Origin: Candidatus Aminicenantales bacterium
GTDB lineage: Bacteria > Acidobacteriota > Aminicenantia > Aminicenantales > Saccharicenantaceae
Assembly (NCBI GenBank): GCA_049512315.1
Contig: JBEKXF010000024.1
Span: forward strand, 1 to 54,681
Length of the DNA stretch: 54,681 nt
Direction of reading: 5' to 3'
Notes under the pieces: model-generated
The model's input: the letters and a program-made list of their open reading frames with translations, nothing else
Told to the model about the DNA's origin: nothing
Databases searched by the model: none
Made by a program: the position numbers and the translations under genes
Shown here: positions 8,898-19,145 of the stretch, piece by piece
Layout of the letters: each line of letters starts with the position of its first letter
How positions within the stretch are numbered: the stretch's first letter is position 1

Positions 8898-11156
8898 ATG
8901 GAACATTTGCAGACTGTTCAAAAGGTATTCTCAGACAAACTGCTCGAAGTTCCGAATTATCAACGTGGCTATGCATGGGAAGAACCTCAATGGATCGATA
9001 TGATCGAAGACCTAGAAGTATTGGCGGAAAGTCAAACTCATTATACTGGCACTGTGGTTTTGAACAAATCAGACGAAAACGTCATGAATGATGAAGGGCA
9101 TATACTGGAAAAGTATAACATAGTCGACGGACAGCAAAGACTCGTTACGATATCTATTCTGCTCCATTGTATATCCGAGAATCTCAAGCACTATGCCAAT
9201 ACTCTTAAATTGGGTGAAGGAATACGAAAAAGCTATCTAGTGTTTAAAGATAAATTCAGCCAGGAAAAGCTCAGGCTTACACTCAATGAAGACTGCAACA
9301 CATTTTTTATGAGAAATATCATTTCTACCATTCCCGCAGTTGAAGGACCTGTAATTAAAGCTCACGAAAATCTGGACGGGGCTCTCACCTTTTACAAGAA
9401 GTATCTCAAAAAGAAAAAGGATGTCTCGCCTGATCACTATGAAAACTGGCTTGTCGAGCTTTACAGAAAGATAATCGAATCTCTGGAATTCACAGTTTAT
9501 GAGGTAAAGCAATCAGCAGAGGTAGGGGTAATTTTTGAAACTATGAATAACCGCGGCAAATCCCTTTCCGATCTGGATAGGGTCAAGAATTATCTACTTT
9601 ATCTAGCGAGCAAATTACCTGAAATCGCGCGCCAGGAATTGGGCGATAAAATCAACAACGAAGTGGGAAAACTATATAGGAAGCTCATGGACATAGGCGG
9701 TTCTTCATCTGCAACCGAAGACCAACTTCTGAGAATGGCCTGGCTTATGGCATATAACCCGGCTTCAAAATATTGGCAAGGATATACGACAATAAAACAA
9801 CACATCAACCTCAGGAAATATCCTTCCACAACAAGAGATGTAGAGCTGATCAAGGATTTGAATACTTACATCGATATCCTATGCGACTGCAGCTCCGCCT
9901 ATAGAGATATTTTGGTTCCCCGTGCAGAGGATTCTTTCAAGAATCTAGGAGCTATTCCGGAGGCGCGTGAAAAATTAGTGCGCAAAGCGGAAAAGATTTT
10001 GCGAGTTGGAAATACAGCCTCTTTTATGCCAATTATTATGGCCGCCAGAATCAAATATCCAAATGAATATGAGTTACTCAGTCAGCTCCTAGATATTTGT
10101 GAGAAGTACGCGTTCAGAATTTTCAGACTTCAAAACTTCAGATCCAATACCGGGCAATCGAGCCTTTTCATATTGGGATTCAAACTCTTCAAAAAAGAAA
10201 TAGATTTGAAAAAGGCGATTCAAGCAATGAACTCTCTTTTACTCAACTATTCTTCGGATAAAACTTATAGAGAAGAATTCGAGTTGGGAAGGAAAAACTG
10301 GTATCAGTTCTACGGCCTGAAGTATTTTCTTTATGAATACGAAGAATCGATTTCGCACGGGAAGGGAGTTATCTATCCTTGGGATCGACTGGCAAGAAAG
10401 GACAAACAAGAGACCGTGGAACACATTCTGCCACAGGTGCCCTCTCGGGAATATTGGCAATCGAGATGGAATCAAGATCAGATCAACAAATACCTACATG
10501 ATATTGGAAATCTCGTATTGACCCTCGATAATAGTATCTATCAAAACAAATCCTTTTACGATAAGAAAGGAACCCCGGGAGTAAAGGATTGCTACATGAA
10601 TTCGATTTTATTTCAAGAGCGAGAAATTGGCGCTTTTTCAGAATGGACTGAAAAAGAATTGTTGGAAAGAAGAGAGAAAATAGTTAGGTGGGCCATAGAT
10701 CGCTGGTATATATATCCGGCTTTAGGAGGTGATCTTTATCTCGATAACGAGAACGACGAAGAAACAGATGACGATCAAAATGATCCAGATGACAATCCCA
10801 TAAGCGCTCCGACCTCGATTGAATCCAAAGAATGGCCTCAAGACCTTCTTTCAACATATCTCGATAGACTCTGGGAACGAAAAAAACGGACTTATAATTT
10901 TCTCAGAGTCCTTGCTTCCGACGAAAGTGCTTTAGAATTCAATGAGGCCATTCGGAGAATTAACGACATCAGCGAAATTAAGATAAAAGGCAGGAGTATG
11001 GCTGGGATATCTTCAGGTCTTACCAAGCAGGCCAAGAAAAGAGGGTTCGACAGGCTTGTGATCGAGTTCAAAGAAGATGTGTGGAAATACAAACTGAACG
11101 AAAAGTATAGGGACATCATCAAAAAACATGTTGAAAGTCGAACTACCCCCGGTTAA
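8898..11156 (+). CDS. DUF262/DUF1524 GmrSD-like type IV restriction protein with C-terminal extension
   Basis: VPNYQRGYAW, IVDGQQRL, FETMNNRG, TVEHILPQ, IGNLVL. Confidence 0.9.
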   Translation: MEHLQTVQKVFSDKLLEVPNYQRGYAWEEPQWIDMIEDLEVLAESQTHYTGTVVLNKSDENVMNDEGHILEKYNIVDGQQRLVTISILLHCISENLKHYANTLKLGEGIRKSYLVFKDKFSQEKLRLTLNEDCNTFFMRNIISTIPAVEGPVIKAHENLDGALTFYKKYLKKKKDVSPDHYENWLVELYRKIIESLEFTVYEVKQSAEVGVIFETMNNRGKSLSDLDRVKNYLLYLASKLPEIARQELGDKINNEVGKLYRKLMDIGGSSSATEDQLLRMAWLMAYNPASKYWQGYTTIKQHINLRKYPSTTRDVELIKDLNTYIDILCDCSSAYRDILVPRAEDSFKNLGAIPEAREKLVRKAEKILRVGNTASFMPIIMAARIKYPNEYELLSQLLDICEKYAFRIFRLQNFRSNTGQSSLFILGFKLFKKEIDLKKAIQAMNSLLLNYSSDKTYREEFELGRKNWYQFYGLKYFLYEYEESISHGKGVIYPWDRLARKDKQETVEHILPQVPSREYWQSRWNQDQINKYLHDIGNLVLTLDNSIYQNKSFYDKKGTPGVKDCYMNSILFQEREIGAFSEWTEKELLERREKIVRWAIDRWYIYPALGGDLYLDNENDEETDDDQNDPDDNPISAPTSIESKEWPQDLLSTYLDRLWERKKRTYNFLRVLASDESALEFNEAIRRINDISEIKIKGRSMAGISSGLTKQAKKRGFDRLVIEFKEDVWKYKLNEKYRDIIKKHVESRTTPG

Positions 11157-11184
11157 TGTTCCACCTCTAAAGTAGTATTTTCAA
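11140..11184 (-). repeat. degenerate IS3-like terminus type A overlapping the GmrSD stop codon
   Basis: GAACTACCCCCGGTTAATGTTCCACCTCTAAAGTAGTATTTTCAA. Confidence 0.6.
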
Positions 11185-11380
11185 TCCGTCCCCCCCCCTA
11201 AATCGGCCCTTCCCTTCAGGAAGGCCTGCAGCGGACCTAACCCCAAAACCGCCCTATACTGGACTGAAAGTCCAGACGCCGGTGTTCGTCGTCAGGCGGT
11301 TTCGGACTCGCGTGCTGATTTCTTAAGCTACGGATTCCGTTTCTCATGATAATTTAGCTGACGTCATGCACCCGCGGACC

Positions 11381-11472
11381 TGACCTGCCCGCAGTCACTG
11401 TACCACCTCTAAAATGAGATTTTCAAGGAAAACTCACATTATGTCTGGACCATTTTTCAGGGATACGGTCCC
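11381..11472. repeat. back-to-back type A and type B IS3-like termini (MITE-like, ~92 bp)
   Basis: TGACCTGCCC...TTTTCAAG immediately followed by GAAAACTCACATTATGTCTGGACC...CGGTCCC. Confidence 0.7.
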
Positions 11473-11616
11473 ATATTAGTAATAAACGAAAGTGTTATGA
11501 AAGCTACTCAATTTGTCAGCTTTGAGTTATGCATATATCGCTAATGCACTTCCGAGAAAAAGGCAGTAAAATAAAGTTAAACTAGATTAAAAATAAGTGA
11601 TAACAAGGGGAATCTA

Positions 11617-13812
11617 ATGGGAAATAATCCGAAGAGGGCAGAATATATTAAAAAGATTAGACAAGCTCATGACTACGCTCTTCAAGAAAAGGAAATAATA
11701 AGGAGAAGGATTGAAGCCTCTATATCCGATATTGATGCGATTGAATTACTCGCTCATATTGCGTTCATCTCTCAATGCGTTCCGAAGAATGACCAGACCA
11801 TCAATCAGAGTTTACGGGAATACCCTTCTCTGCATTATTTGGCTGGATTGTGCTTGAAAAAGCGTGTCGTTGGCACAAGACCTCCTGAGAATAAGGAGGT
11901 CGAAGCCATCACCGAAGACGTCAACCAATATTTCGCTAATTTCATGCAGGATATAACCCTGCAGAGCTTTAGAAAAGAACAGGTTTCAGATGAGGACGGA
12001 TTAGTCCTTCAAGCTAGAATCCAAAAAATGCTACATCAGACTAGCGCGATGTTGTATCCATTCCAGCTTGAAACCTTAATTAATGGATTATTCTCTCAAT
12101 TTGATGATTATTTCTTGAGTAAGGCGGGCTTCAGAGCGTCCAAGGCCCTAGAATTCGGCACGAAAATAATCAAGCGATATGAAAGGATGGCTAACAAAAG
12201 ATATGAAGAGGTCGGATCAGCAAGAAAGAGGGCCGCGGAAGAATTAAAAGATCCTGTCAAAGGTCTGGCTATCAGAGCAACTATGGACGATTCATTATCA
12301 GATGAGGACCTGTTATCTTCATATACTGCCTTCTTATTGTTCACAAACATCAAAGAAATATTTCTATTCAAACCAGATGTACTATGTAGGGAAGAAGACA
12401 TTTCGGATTTATCAGAATTCGCGAATTATGTGAAGGCCCTATGTTGCGAATTCGGTTCAAATCAAGATTTTAATAATCCGCTTGATATCAACGTCATATC
12501 TGTCAAGCCCTTTATTAAGGGCGATGGCGACACCTATTTTGTTCCCATATCCCAGGACTTGATTCATAATCTTCCGCTTGTCCTGGAATCCTTGCTGGAA
12601 CAAGATAAGTTAGCGCAATCAGGGATCTGGCAGAGATATCAATCAAGCCGAGCCAATCATATCGAGGGCCGAATCTGCGAATTCCTTTCGAGGATATTTC
12701 CAATTGAAAACATATTTAGGAATGCCAAATATGTATATCAAGGGAAAGAATGCGAAGCTGATGCTATTGTCCTTTATGACAACAAAATATTCTTATTCGA
12801 AGCAAAAGCCGGTTCATTCGGAGAAAAGGCACAACGGGGAGGAATCGAAAGCCTAAAAAAGGACCTAAAGAAGCTGATCGAGGAGGCATATCAGCAAGGA
12901 AGGCGAACGGCTGCTTATATAAAATCGAACAAAATCTCCACTTTTTCCGATTCTCAGGGCAAAAAGATTTTAGAGTTAAGCCAGAATAATCAAACCATAT
13001 TTATCATAGGAATCACTCTGGACCCTCTCATGAGCCTCGCTATCGGCTTGAAGAATCTTAGATCTCTGGGGCTTTTTATTGAAAACGAGTATCCGTGGTC
13101 CGTTCAAATCAATGAATTGGACTTGGTAACTCGCCACCTTCCATCTCCAACTATTTTTATACACTACATAGAACGTCGCCTCCGGGCTATAGACGAAAAT
13201 GTTTTTCATGCCTACGACGAACTCTCGTTTCTTGGCTGGTACCTCAGGAAAGGGAACTTTTCTATTCCCTATGACAGGGACGGCAAACAACCTAACCTTT
13301 TGGAGATCGCGTCCGATTGGACAAGGACCTTCGATGAACATTATCTCTTTGGCAAAGAAAAACCAGAACTAGACATCGAAAACGAATTACTTAAAATCAT
13401 ACGCATCTTGGAATATCTAAATCCGGTAGGCTATTCGGACCTCGCAAGCGCACTCTTAGATTTCGACCATCAAGCAAGAAAATTGATCCTTGAAAAGATT
13501 AACGAGCTTATCGCTTTATCGAAAAGAGACCTGAATCCTCATGATTTTTCCGTAATCTATAAAGACGATTTGGATACCGGCTTAACTTTCATGGCACAAG
13601 CGGGAAGGGATGTATTACGAGAACACTTGGGTTCCTATTGCACCATGAAAAAATACCAGACCAAGACGAAAATATGGCTAGGATTGGGGAGAGATGTCCA
13701 AGACGACAGATGGTTCGTAAACGAATTCGTATATTTAAAATATCCCTGGAAGCACGAAGATAAAATGGACGAACTACTACGAGCTTTTCCCATGAAAGAC
13801 AAAGGGACGTAG
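11617..13812 (+). CDS. large protein with NERD/PD-(D/E)XK nuclease-like domain
   Basis: 731 aa; EADAIVLYDNKIFLFEAKAG...AYQQ; FIHYIERR...DELSFLGWYL. Confidence 0.65.
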   Translation: MGNNPKRAEYIKKIRQAHDYALQEKEIIRRRIEASISDIDAIELLAHIAFISQCVPKNDQTINQSLREYPSLHYLAGLCLKKRVVGTRPPENKEVEAITEDVNQYFANFMQDITLQSFRKEQVSDEDGLVLQARIQKMLHQTSAMLYPFQLETLINGLFSQFDDYFLSKAGFRASKALEFGTKIIKRYERMANKRYEEVGSARKRAAEELKDPVKGLAIRATMDDSLSDEDLLSSYTAFLLFTNIKEIFLFKPDVLCREEDISDLSEFANYVKALCCEFGSNQDFNNPLDINVISVKPFIKGDGDTYFVPISQDLIHNLPLVLESLLEQDKLAQSGIWQRYQSSRANHIEGRICEFLSRIFPIENIFRNAKYVYQGKECEADAIVLYDNKIFLFEAKAGSFGEKAQRGGIESLKKDLKKLIEEAYQQGRRTAAYIKSNKISTFSDSQGKKILELSQNNQTIFIIGITLDPLMSLAIGLKNLRSLGLFIENEYPWSVQINELDLVTRHLPSPTIFIHYIERRLRAIDENVFHAYDELSFLGWYLRKGNFSIPYDRDGKQPNLLEIASDWTRTFDEHYLFGKEKPELDIENELLKIIRILEYLNPVGYSDLASALLDFDHQARKLILEKINELIALSKRDLNPHDFSVIYKDDLDTGLTFMAQAGRDVLREHLGSYCTMKKYQTKTKIWLGLGRDVQDDRWFVNEFVYLKYPWKHEDKMDELLRAFPMKDKGT

Positions 13813-13933
13813 TTCTATTTCGCACATTCTAATCTGACCTCCGATCAAATTGAATATCGGAGACTTGACGCCACAGCAAGTCGCTGATAAATATAAGAGC
13901 AGCTTAAGAAGCAAAAAAGTCCATTTTTGGCGG

Positions 13934-14009
13934 GACCAGTTTTCGGGTGAGGCTCCTTCCTCCAGGTTTCTCTCATTATACGTGGACTGATTTTAGGGGG
14001 GGCAGGTCA
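13934..14009 (-). mobile_element. IS3-like left end remnant without transposase
   Basis: Reverse complement TGACCTGCCCCCCCTAAAATCAGTCCACGTATAATGAGAGAAACCTGGAGGAAGGAG matches 5760-5820. Confidence 0.65.
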
Positions 14010-14064
14010 ATGGATTCTGTCATCTTTCTACCTCCCTAACTGAAATAGTGAAGAATCAGGTGAA

Positions 14065-14664
14065 TCACCACAGCGGCAATATCGTCCCATAGAAAACCAA
14101 CAATATGCCGAAAACCTGGGAATTCGCGCTTCCAACGACTGTGGCCACAAGACGTGACTCTATCTCTGCTATCGACTTGGCCTTTTCCGAAAGTTCAGAT
14201 TTCAGTTCTGCCTTCACAGATTCTATTCTCTTTCGCAACCTCTCTTCAGTTTTGCTTACCTCTTGGAAACATTCTGCAATTCTCCTTTCCAACTCCTCAA
14301 TTCTCTCTTCGACTGACCTGCCCTTCTGTACTGCCCGGATAGTGGGAGTTCCAACAGCCGCGGAGGAGGCAATAGACTGCACCTGGAGGGTCACAGTTCT
14401 TTTTATAAGAGGAAAGGACCTAATCCACCGAACGACTCTCTGAAGTAGAGTACCTTGTTTGAACACGCCCATGTTTTTGTTGAGTGAAAACAGCACAAAG
14501 GCCCCGCCCACAATTTGCAGGCCCACGCCGGCTATTTTGTGGATTACAGCTTTGTCATAATGGAGAAAATGATACAGCCACACGTTCATAATGAGGAGAC
14601 CCAAGATTGCCCACACGAACCACGCTTGGAGTAACCATTGAAATACTCGGCCCACTTTTTTCAC
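14065..14664 (-). CDS. membrane protein with coiled coil
   Basis: Two N-terminal TMs, heptad-rich middle, C-terminal TM; GGAGGGG RBS. Confidence 0.7.
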   Translation of the reverse strand: MKKVGRVFQWLLQAWFVWAILGLLIMNVWLYHFLHYDKAVIHKIAGVGLQIVGGAFVLFSLNKNMGVFKQGTLLQRVVRWIRSFPLIKRTVTLQVQSIASSAAVGTPTIRAVQKGRSVEERIEELERRIAECFQEVSKTEERLRKRIESVKAELKSELSEKAKSIAEIESRLVATVVGSANSQVFGILLVFYGTILPLW

Positions 14665-14824
14665 TTAATCTTCTCCCCTCCGTTGTCTGACTCCCAGATG
14701 CTAGACTCACATCTGGGGTCCTGTCAAGCGATTGGAGCCGCTATTCCCCCAATTCTTCTTCTTGTCTGTTCCAGGATTCCGAAGCCCCTTGACGACCCGT
14801 GTTATAATTAGTTGGACAAAGAAC

Positions 14825-15277
14825 GTGGCGAACAGAAGAACTCATCGGACGTTCGGAGTAATTGCCGGGGCCGCCCTGGCCTTTGCCCTCTCAAAAGGGC
14901 AGCCACTTTTGCATCGAATATTTGAAATCATAGGGGGGGCAATTGCGGGTCTCATTTCCGCACTCTTACCAGACATGTTCGAGCCGGCCGATTCCCCGAA
15001 CCACCGGAGTCTCTTTCACGGATTGCTGCCCAATACGCTCCTCATTATTTATTGCGCCCGCAGGCTGCGCCCGAGTCAGTTTTCTCTGCGTTCCCGCGCC
15101 GACAACCATGCGGACCTGGCAAGGCGGGCGCAAACGACGGGACTAAAACTGTGGCATCGGTCACTCGAGTTCTTCTGCAGGTTTTTTGCGGGAGCGGTTG
15201 CCGGGGCGCTGGCCGGCTATGGGTCACATCTAGCACTCGACGCAATTACCCCTCGAAGCCTGCCGCCCATTGCCTAA
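14825..15277 (+). CDS. YdjM-like inner-membrane metal-dependent hydrolase
   Basis: RTH, LLPD, HRSLFHG, GYGSHLALD motifs; GTG start inferred. Confidence 0.75.
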   Translation: MANRRTHRTFGVIAGAALAFALSKGQPLLHRIFEIIGGAIAGLISALLPDMFEPADSPNHRSLFHGLLPNTLLIIYCARRLRPSQFSLRSRADNHADLARRAQTTGLKLWHRSLEFFCRFFAGAVAGALAGYGSHLALDAITPRSLPPIA

Positions 15278-15417
15278 TCCCATCCCCCCCATCCCCTGAT
15301 CTAGGACGCATTTTTAGGGGTTACCCCTACCTTGGGTGACACAGGGGCGCCTGAGTTTTTAATCCTGGATGAACCGGAGTCCGGCTCCTGCGCCAGAAAC
15401 AGGGTGTTTTAGCGGTC

Positions 15418-16452
15418 TCAGCGTTTCGTCTTGTCTGCGTCCTCATCTCGCGAAGCGCTTTTATCCAGTTTCAATGCGCGGAAAACGTCCGAATACGCCT
15501 TGAGGAAGTCGTTTGCGGCCAACCCCTGGGTCAGAGACTCGATGGTCTTACGCATCTGAGCTTGAACGGTCGTTATCTGGTCGATGAAGTCGGGCCTGGG
15601 GAACCACCACGGCGATCCTGAGTTCAACTTGGCGGCGATCTTGCCAAAGAGACCATCGAGGGAAGGGAGAAGAGGAACGGCCTCTTCGTAGAAACGCATG
15701 CGCTTGAGCAGCGTGAAGAGGTCGAGCACCGGTTCGCCGAGCGCGGCGACCAGTCCCTCCTTTGGGAAAGCCGGATCCGGTATGGAGTCCCAGCCTGTTG
15801 CTTCATCGAGGCTCAGTCTCCCGTAGTAGCAAACAAGCGCGAGGACGAGGTCCCAGAGCAGGTCGTTAGCCAATGCTGACGTACGGCCGGCCGTGAACCG
15901 GTCCAGCGCCTCCTGCACGCTCTTCGTCTGCCAGTCGATGCTGAAGGAACACCGGCCATCGGGCGGCGTCTCGAGGCCGTGTTCGCCATACCATGAATAG
16001 AAACATTGGAACCACGTTCCAACCCTCTTCGCATGGAACTCCGCCCAGAAGCAAAATTCCGAGTAGTGGGCCTTTTCCTGTTCCTCCCTGCCTCTTAAAT
16101 TCAGGTTCCCATTCTCCTTGAAGAACCGGGAATAGTCATAGAGGTGCACTAGTTCGTGGGCCAGCGTGTGGACGTACTGCAAGTCCGCGAACTGCTGCTC
16201 TGAAATCAGAATCGTGAAAGAGGGATTTTCCGATGCAGAGGGGACAAGGACGCCGTTGAGGTCCTTGAGGCGGCGCAGGCCGTCCTGGGCCTTGTCACCG
16301 CCAGGGGACAGGAGGTTATAGTCCTTCTCGACGTCTGCCGTCACCTTGATGGTACACGGGAGATCTTCGGTGCCGGGGGAGAGCATCGAGAAGATCTTGA
16401 GCAGGAGCTCGATCTCTTTTCGGAATGGCTTGCAGCTGCCGTCGAGGACCAT
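15418..16452 (-). CDS. hypothetical protein with HExxH zinc-metallopeptidase motif
   Basis: TLAHELVHLYD...WAEFHA. Confidence 0.6.
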   Translation of the reverse strand: MVLDGSCKPFRKEIELLLKIFSMLSPGTEDLPCTIKVTADVEKDYNLLSPGGDKAQDGLRRLKDLNGVLVPSASENPSFTILISEQQFADLQYVHTLAHELVHLYDYSRFFKENGNLNLRGREEQEKAHYSEFCFWAEFHAKRVGTWFQCFYSWYGEHGLETPPDGRCSFSIDWQTKSVQEALDRFTAGRTSALANDLLWDLVLALVCYYGRLSLDEATGWDSIPDPAFPKEGLVAALGEPVLDLFTLLKRMRFYEEAVPLLPSLDGLFGKIAAKLNSGSPWWFPRPDFIDQITTVQAQMRKTIESLTQGLAANDFLKAYSDVFRALKLDKSASRDEDADKTKR

Positions 16453-16617
16453 CTGTCGCGCGTCTTCCCGGGATGATAGCGCATCCCTCGCGGAAAGGGA
16501 AGGACCTTTCGGGGCGGGCGAGCTGGAGCCCGCGATTCGGCTTTCTGCCGTTCGTCGGGTTGACAGCGGATCGCGCAGGGGGATAGCATTCCCTAAGGTG
16601 CAAGCGCGAGGAACCCG

Positions 16618-17499
16618 ATGAATGATCGCTATGTGTGGGGCGAGTATGTCGTCGCTTCGATAGACGTTCTCGGCCAGGGATGCCAGTTCGACAGGATCAA
16701 TGACCTCGTCATCGACGACATACCGAAGGAGACCCTCGACGACGTGGCCAACAAGACCATCAGGCCCGTCGAGTTCGTCAGGGACAAGCTCGAGGAACTG
16801 TTCCTGTGGTCTCAGAAGCAGGTTGAGCCAAAGATGGCCATTGCGGAAGAGGACAGGGCCGAGTACGACCAGTCCAGGGCCACCACACCGATCAGGTTCC
16901 AGTTCTACTCCGACAGTGTTCTGGCCTACGTGGCGTTGAGGTCCACGGGGTACCAGTTGAACGACCTGTGGGCCGTCCGCGACATGTTCATTTCAGTCGG
17001 AGGGACGCTGCTAATGACGCTTGCGATAATAGACGCTTCGTTCCGCGCCGCCATAGAACTGGGCATAGGGATCAACCTCGCGGACGGAGACCTCTACGGC
17101 CCGATCCGAGCGGGGGCGTATGAACTAGAGAAGAAGGCCGACTTTCCCCGCATAATCATAGGCCCCCGGCTTTTCGAATACTTGAAGTCGTTCTCGGAAG
17201 GGCGGCCGCGAATCCCGTGCAGAACAGAGAGGGAGCTGCGTGGCAGCAAGGACGCAGCCGCCTCGTGCGCAAGGATGATTGCGAAGGACACCGTCGATGG
17301 TCTGCTCATCTTGGACTACCTGGGAAGCGATTTTAGAGAAAGAACTAATGGCGATAGTCAAGACGAAATATGCCGCGAAGCCTGGGAATACGTGAAGAGG
17401 GAATTTGGAAAACAGAGCGCTTCTGGGCACAACAAGGTTGCCGAGAAGTTCAGGAAACTCCGCGGCTACTTTAAATCGAGCCTAACTCGCCCAATATAG
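16618..17499 (+). CDS. class III nucleotide-cyclase-like protein
   Basis: VASIDVLG, FYSDS, FRAAIELG, LYGP..AYELEK.A.FPRII, LDYL. Confidence 0.6.
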   Translation: MNDRYVWGEYVVASIDVLGQGCQFDRINDLVIDDIPKETLDDVANKTIRPVEFVRDKLEELFLWSQKQVEPKMAIAEEDRAEYDQSRATTPIRFQFYSDSVLAYVALRSTGYQLNDLWAVRDMFISVGGTLLMTLAIIDASFRAAIELGIGINLADGDLYGPIRAGAYELEKKADFPRIIIGPRLFEYLKSFSEGRPRIPCRTERELRGSKDAAASCARMIAKDTVDGLLILDYLGSDFRERTNGDSQDEICREAWEYVKREFGKQSASGHNKVAEKFRKLRGYFKSSLTRPI

Positions 17500-17569
17500 G
17501 TTGACCTTCTCTGGCCCCTCCCGCGCCTCCTAGGGCATTTTCTGCGCCTACTCCAGCACGAGGGACAGG

Positions 17570-17634
17570 GGTGCCTGAGAGGATTCGAACCTCCAGCCGT
17601 TGGATCCGGAATTAGCTGACCTATCCAATGAGCT
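17570..17634 (-). pseudogene. degenerate tRNA-Arg(CCG)-derived sequence (att-like core)
   Basis: Reverse complement AGCTCATTGGATAG...TTCCGGATCCAACGGCTGGAGGTTCGAATCCTCTCAGGCACC; anticodon stem unpaired. Confidence 0.7.
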
Positions 17635-18125
17635 GGATAATACCAGTCACAAATTGGCCACAACCCTCCCCTGCTGAGCTCACTCCTCCCCCACTTATCG
17701 TTGATTATAAAGATGATTAGCGAGCAGAGATAGTCTCAGAGTGCTGGACGGGGAATCCAAAACATATCTGCCCCCTGGACTAGGAAAGCGCCTCCAGGAT
17801 TTTTGGTCTTATGGACTATCCCTGCAGTCGGAAAACTCAATTTTTGGCCAGATCAGTATCGGGGTGAGCCCCCGAGTGAGGGAGGGAGTGAAGTGGGCGC
17901 GGGTCGGCCGGGGTTGTGAACTTTTGGTGAATTTCACGGTCTTTATTAGGTGGATAAGGTAAATTCTGGCCAAAGCCTATTATCAAGCTACAAGGCTGGT
18001 ATGAGGCGGGAGGACCCCGGTATCGTCTCTGGGCCCCAGGACGGAGAAAGACGCTCGTTAGCGGATATTCGCCTCATAGGAAGAGACGGATGAATTAGGT
18101 TTATTTCTCATTTTAAGGGGGGAAA

Positions 18126-19106
18126 ATGTCAGATATGTTCTTGGCATGGTGGAACCTGGAGAACCTCTTCGATGTGGAGGGCTCCGCGAACAGGCCGGCG
18201 TGGCTGCAAGAGACGCTGAAGAATGAGGTAAAAGGCTGGACACAGGCGATTCTAGACAAGAAGATCAGCCAGCTTTCGTCGATTATCCGCGGCTTAAACA
18301 ACAACAAGGGGCCGGACATCCTCGGTGTTTGCGAGGTCGAAAACAAGCCTGTGGTCGACCTGCTCGCCCAAGGCCTGCAACCGCTCGGCAGAAATTACGC
18401 TGTCGAGCATCACGACACGTCCGACCAGCGTGGGATCGACGTCGCTTTTATCTACGATGTGGATCTGTTCAAGGCCGAGGCACAATTCTTCTACATCGTA
18501 TCAAAGAGGACCGGGACCCGAGATCTTTTCCAAGTGAATTTTAGAGATAAGGCCACAAACAAACTCTTGGTACTCATCGGAAACCACTGGCCTTCTAGAT
18601 CCGGAGGAGAGCTGGATAGCGAGCCCTTCAGGATTCAGGCCGGAGAGACCCTGGGCTACTGGGTGGAGAGGATCCCGGATAAGTCTGGAGAGCCGAACGT
18701 CGGGATCGTCTTGATGGGCGACTTTAACGATGAACCGTTCAACCGGTCCGTTATGAACCATGCTCTCGGCTCGAATTCTGAAACGATAATTTTGAAGGCG
18801 AAGAATCCATATTCTCTTAATCTCATGTGGCCCTTTCTTTCAAAGGGCCTCGGAACTTTTTATTACGATTCAACGCCGAATGTCTTGGATCAGTTCATGG
18901 TCTCGAAGTCGATTCTGAAAGTGGAAGAAGAATGCGGCTTCATGGTCAAGAAGAATCCGGACGGGAGCTATAAAGTTGCCATCGAAATGAATCCGGCGAT
19001 GATGAAGAACGGAAAGCCCGTCCCATTTGGAAGGCCCAACAAGAATTTGAATCAGGCAGGGCACAGCGACCATTTCCCGATCTCGATGGAGCTGGTTGAG
19101 ATTTGA
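18126..19106 (+). CDS. endonuclease/exonuclease/phosphatase family protein
   Basis: WNLENLFD, DILGVCEVEN, RGIDVA, NHWPSR, MGDFND, SDHFP. Confidence 0.9.
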   Translation: MSDMFLAWWNLENLFDVEGSANRPAWLQETLKNEVKGWTQAILDKKISQLSSIIRGLNNNKGPDILGVCEVENKPVVDLLAQGLQPLGRNYAVEHHDTSDQRGIDVAFIYDVDLFKAEAQFFYIVSKRTGTRDLFQVNFRDKATNKLLVLIGNHWPSRSGGELDSEPFRIQAGETLGYWVERIPDKSGEPNVGIVLMGDFNDEPFNRSVMNHALGSNSETIILKAKNPYSLNLMWPFLSKGLGTFYYDSTPNVLDQFMVSKSILKVEEECGFMVKKNPDGSYKVAIEMNPAMMKNGKPVPFGRPNKNLNQAGHSDHFPISMELVEI

Positions 19107-19145
19107 AAACGGCGCCTGGAAATAGCCAAAAGGAGGAGGAAGGCC

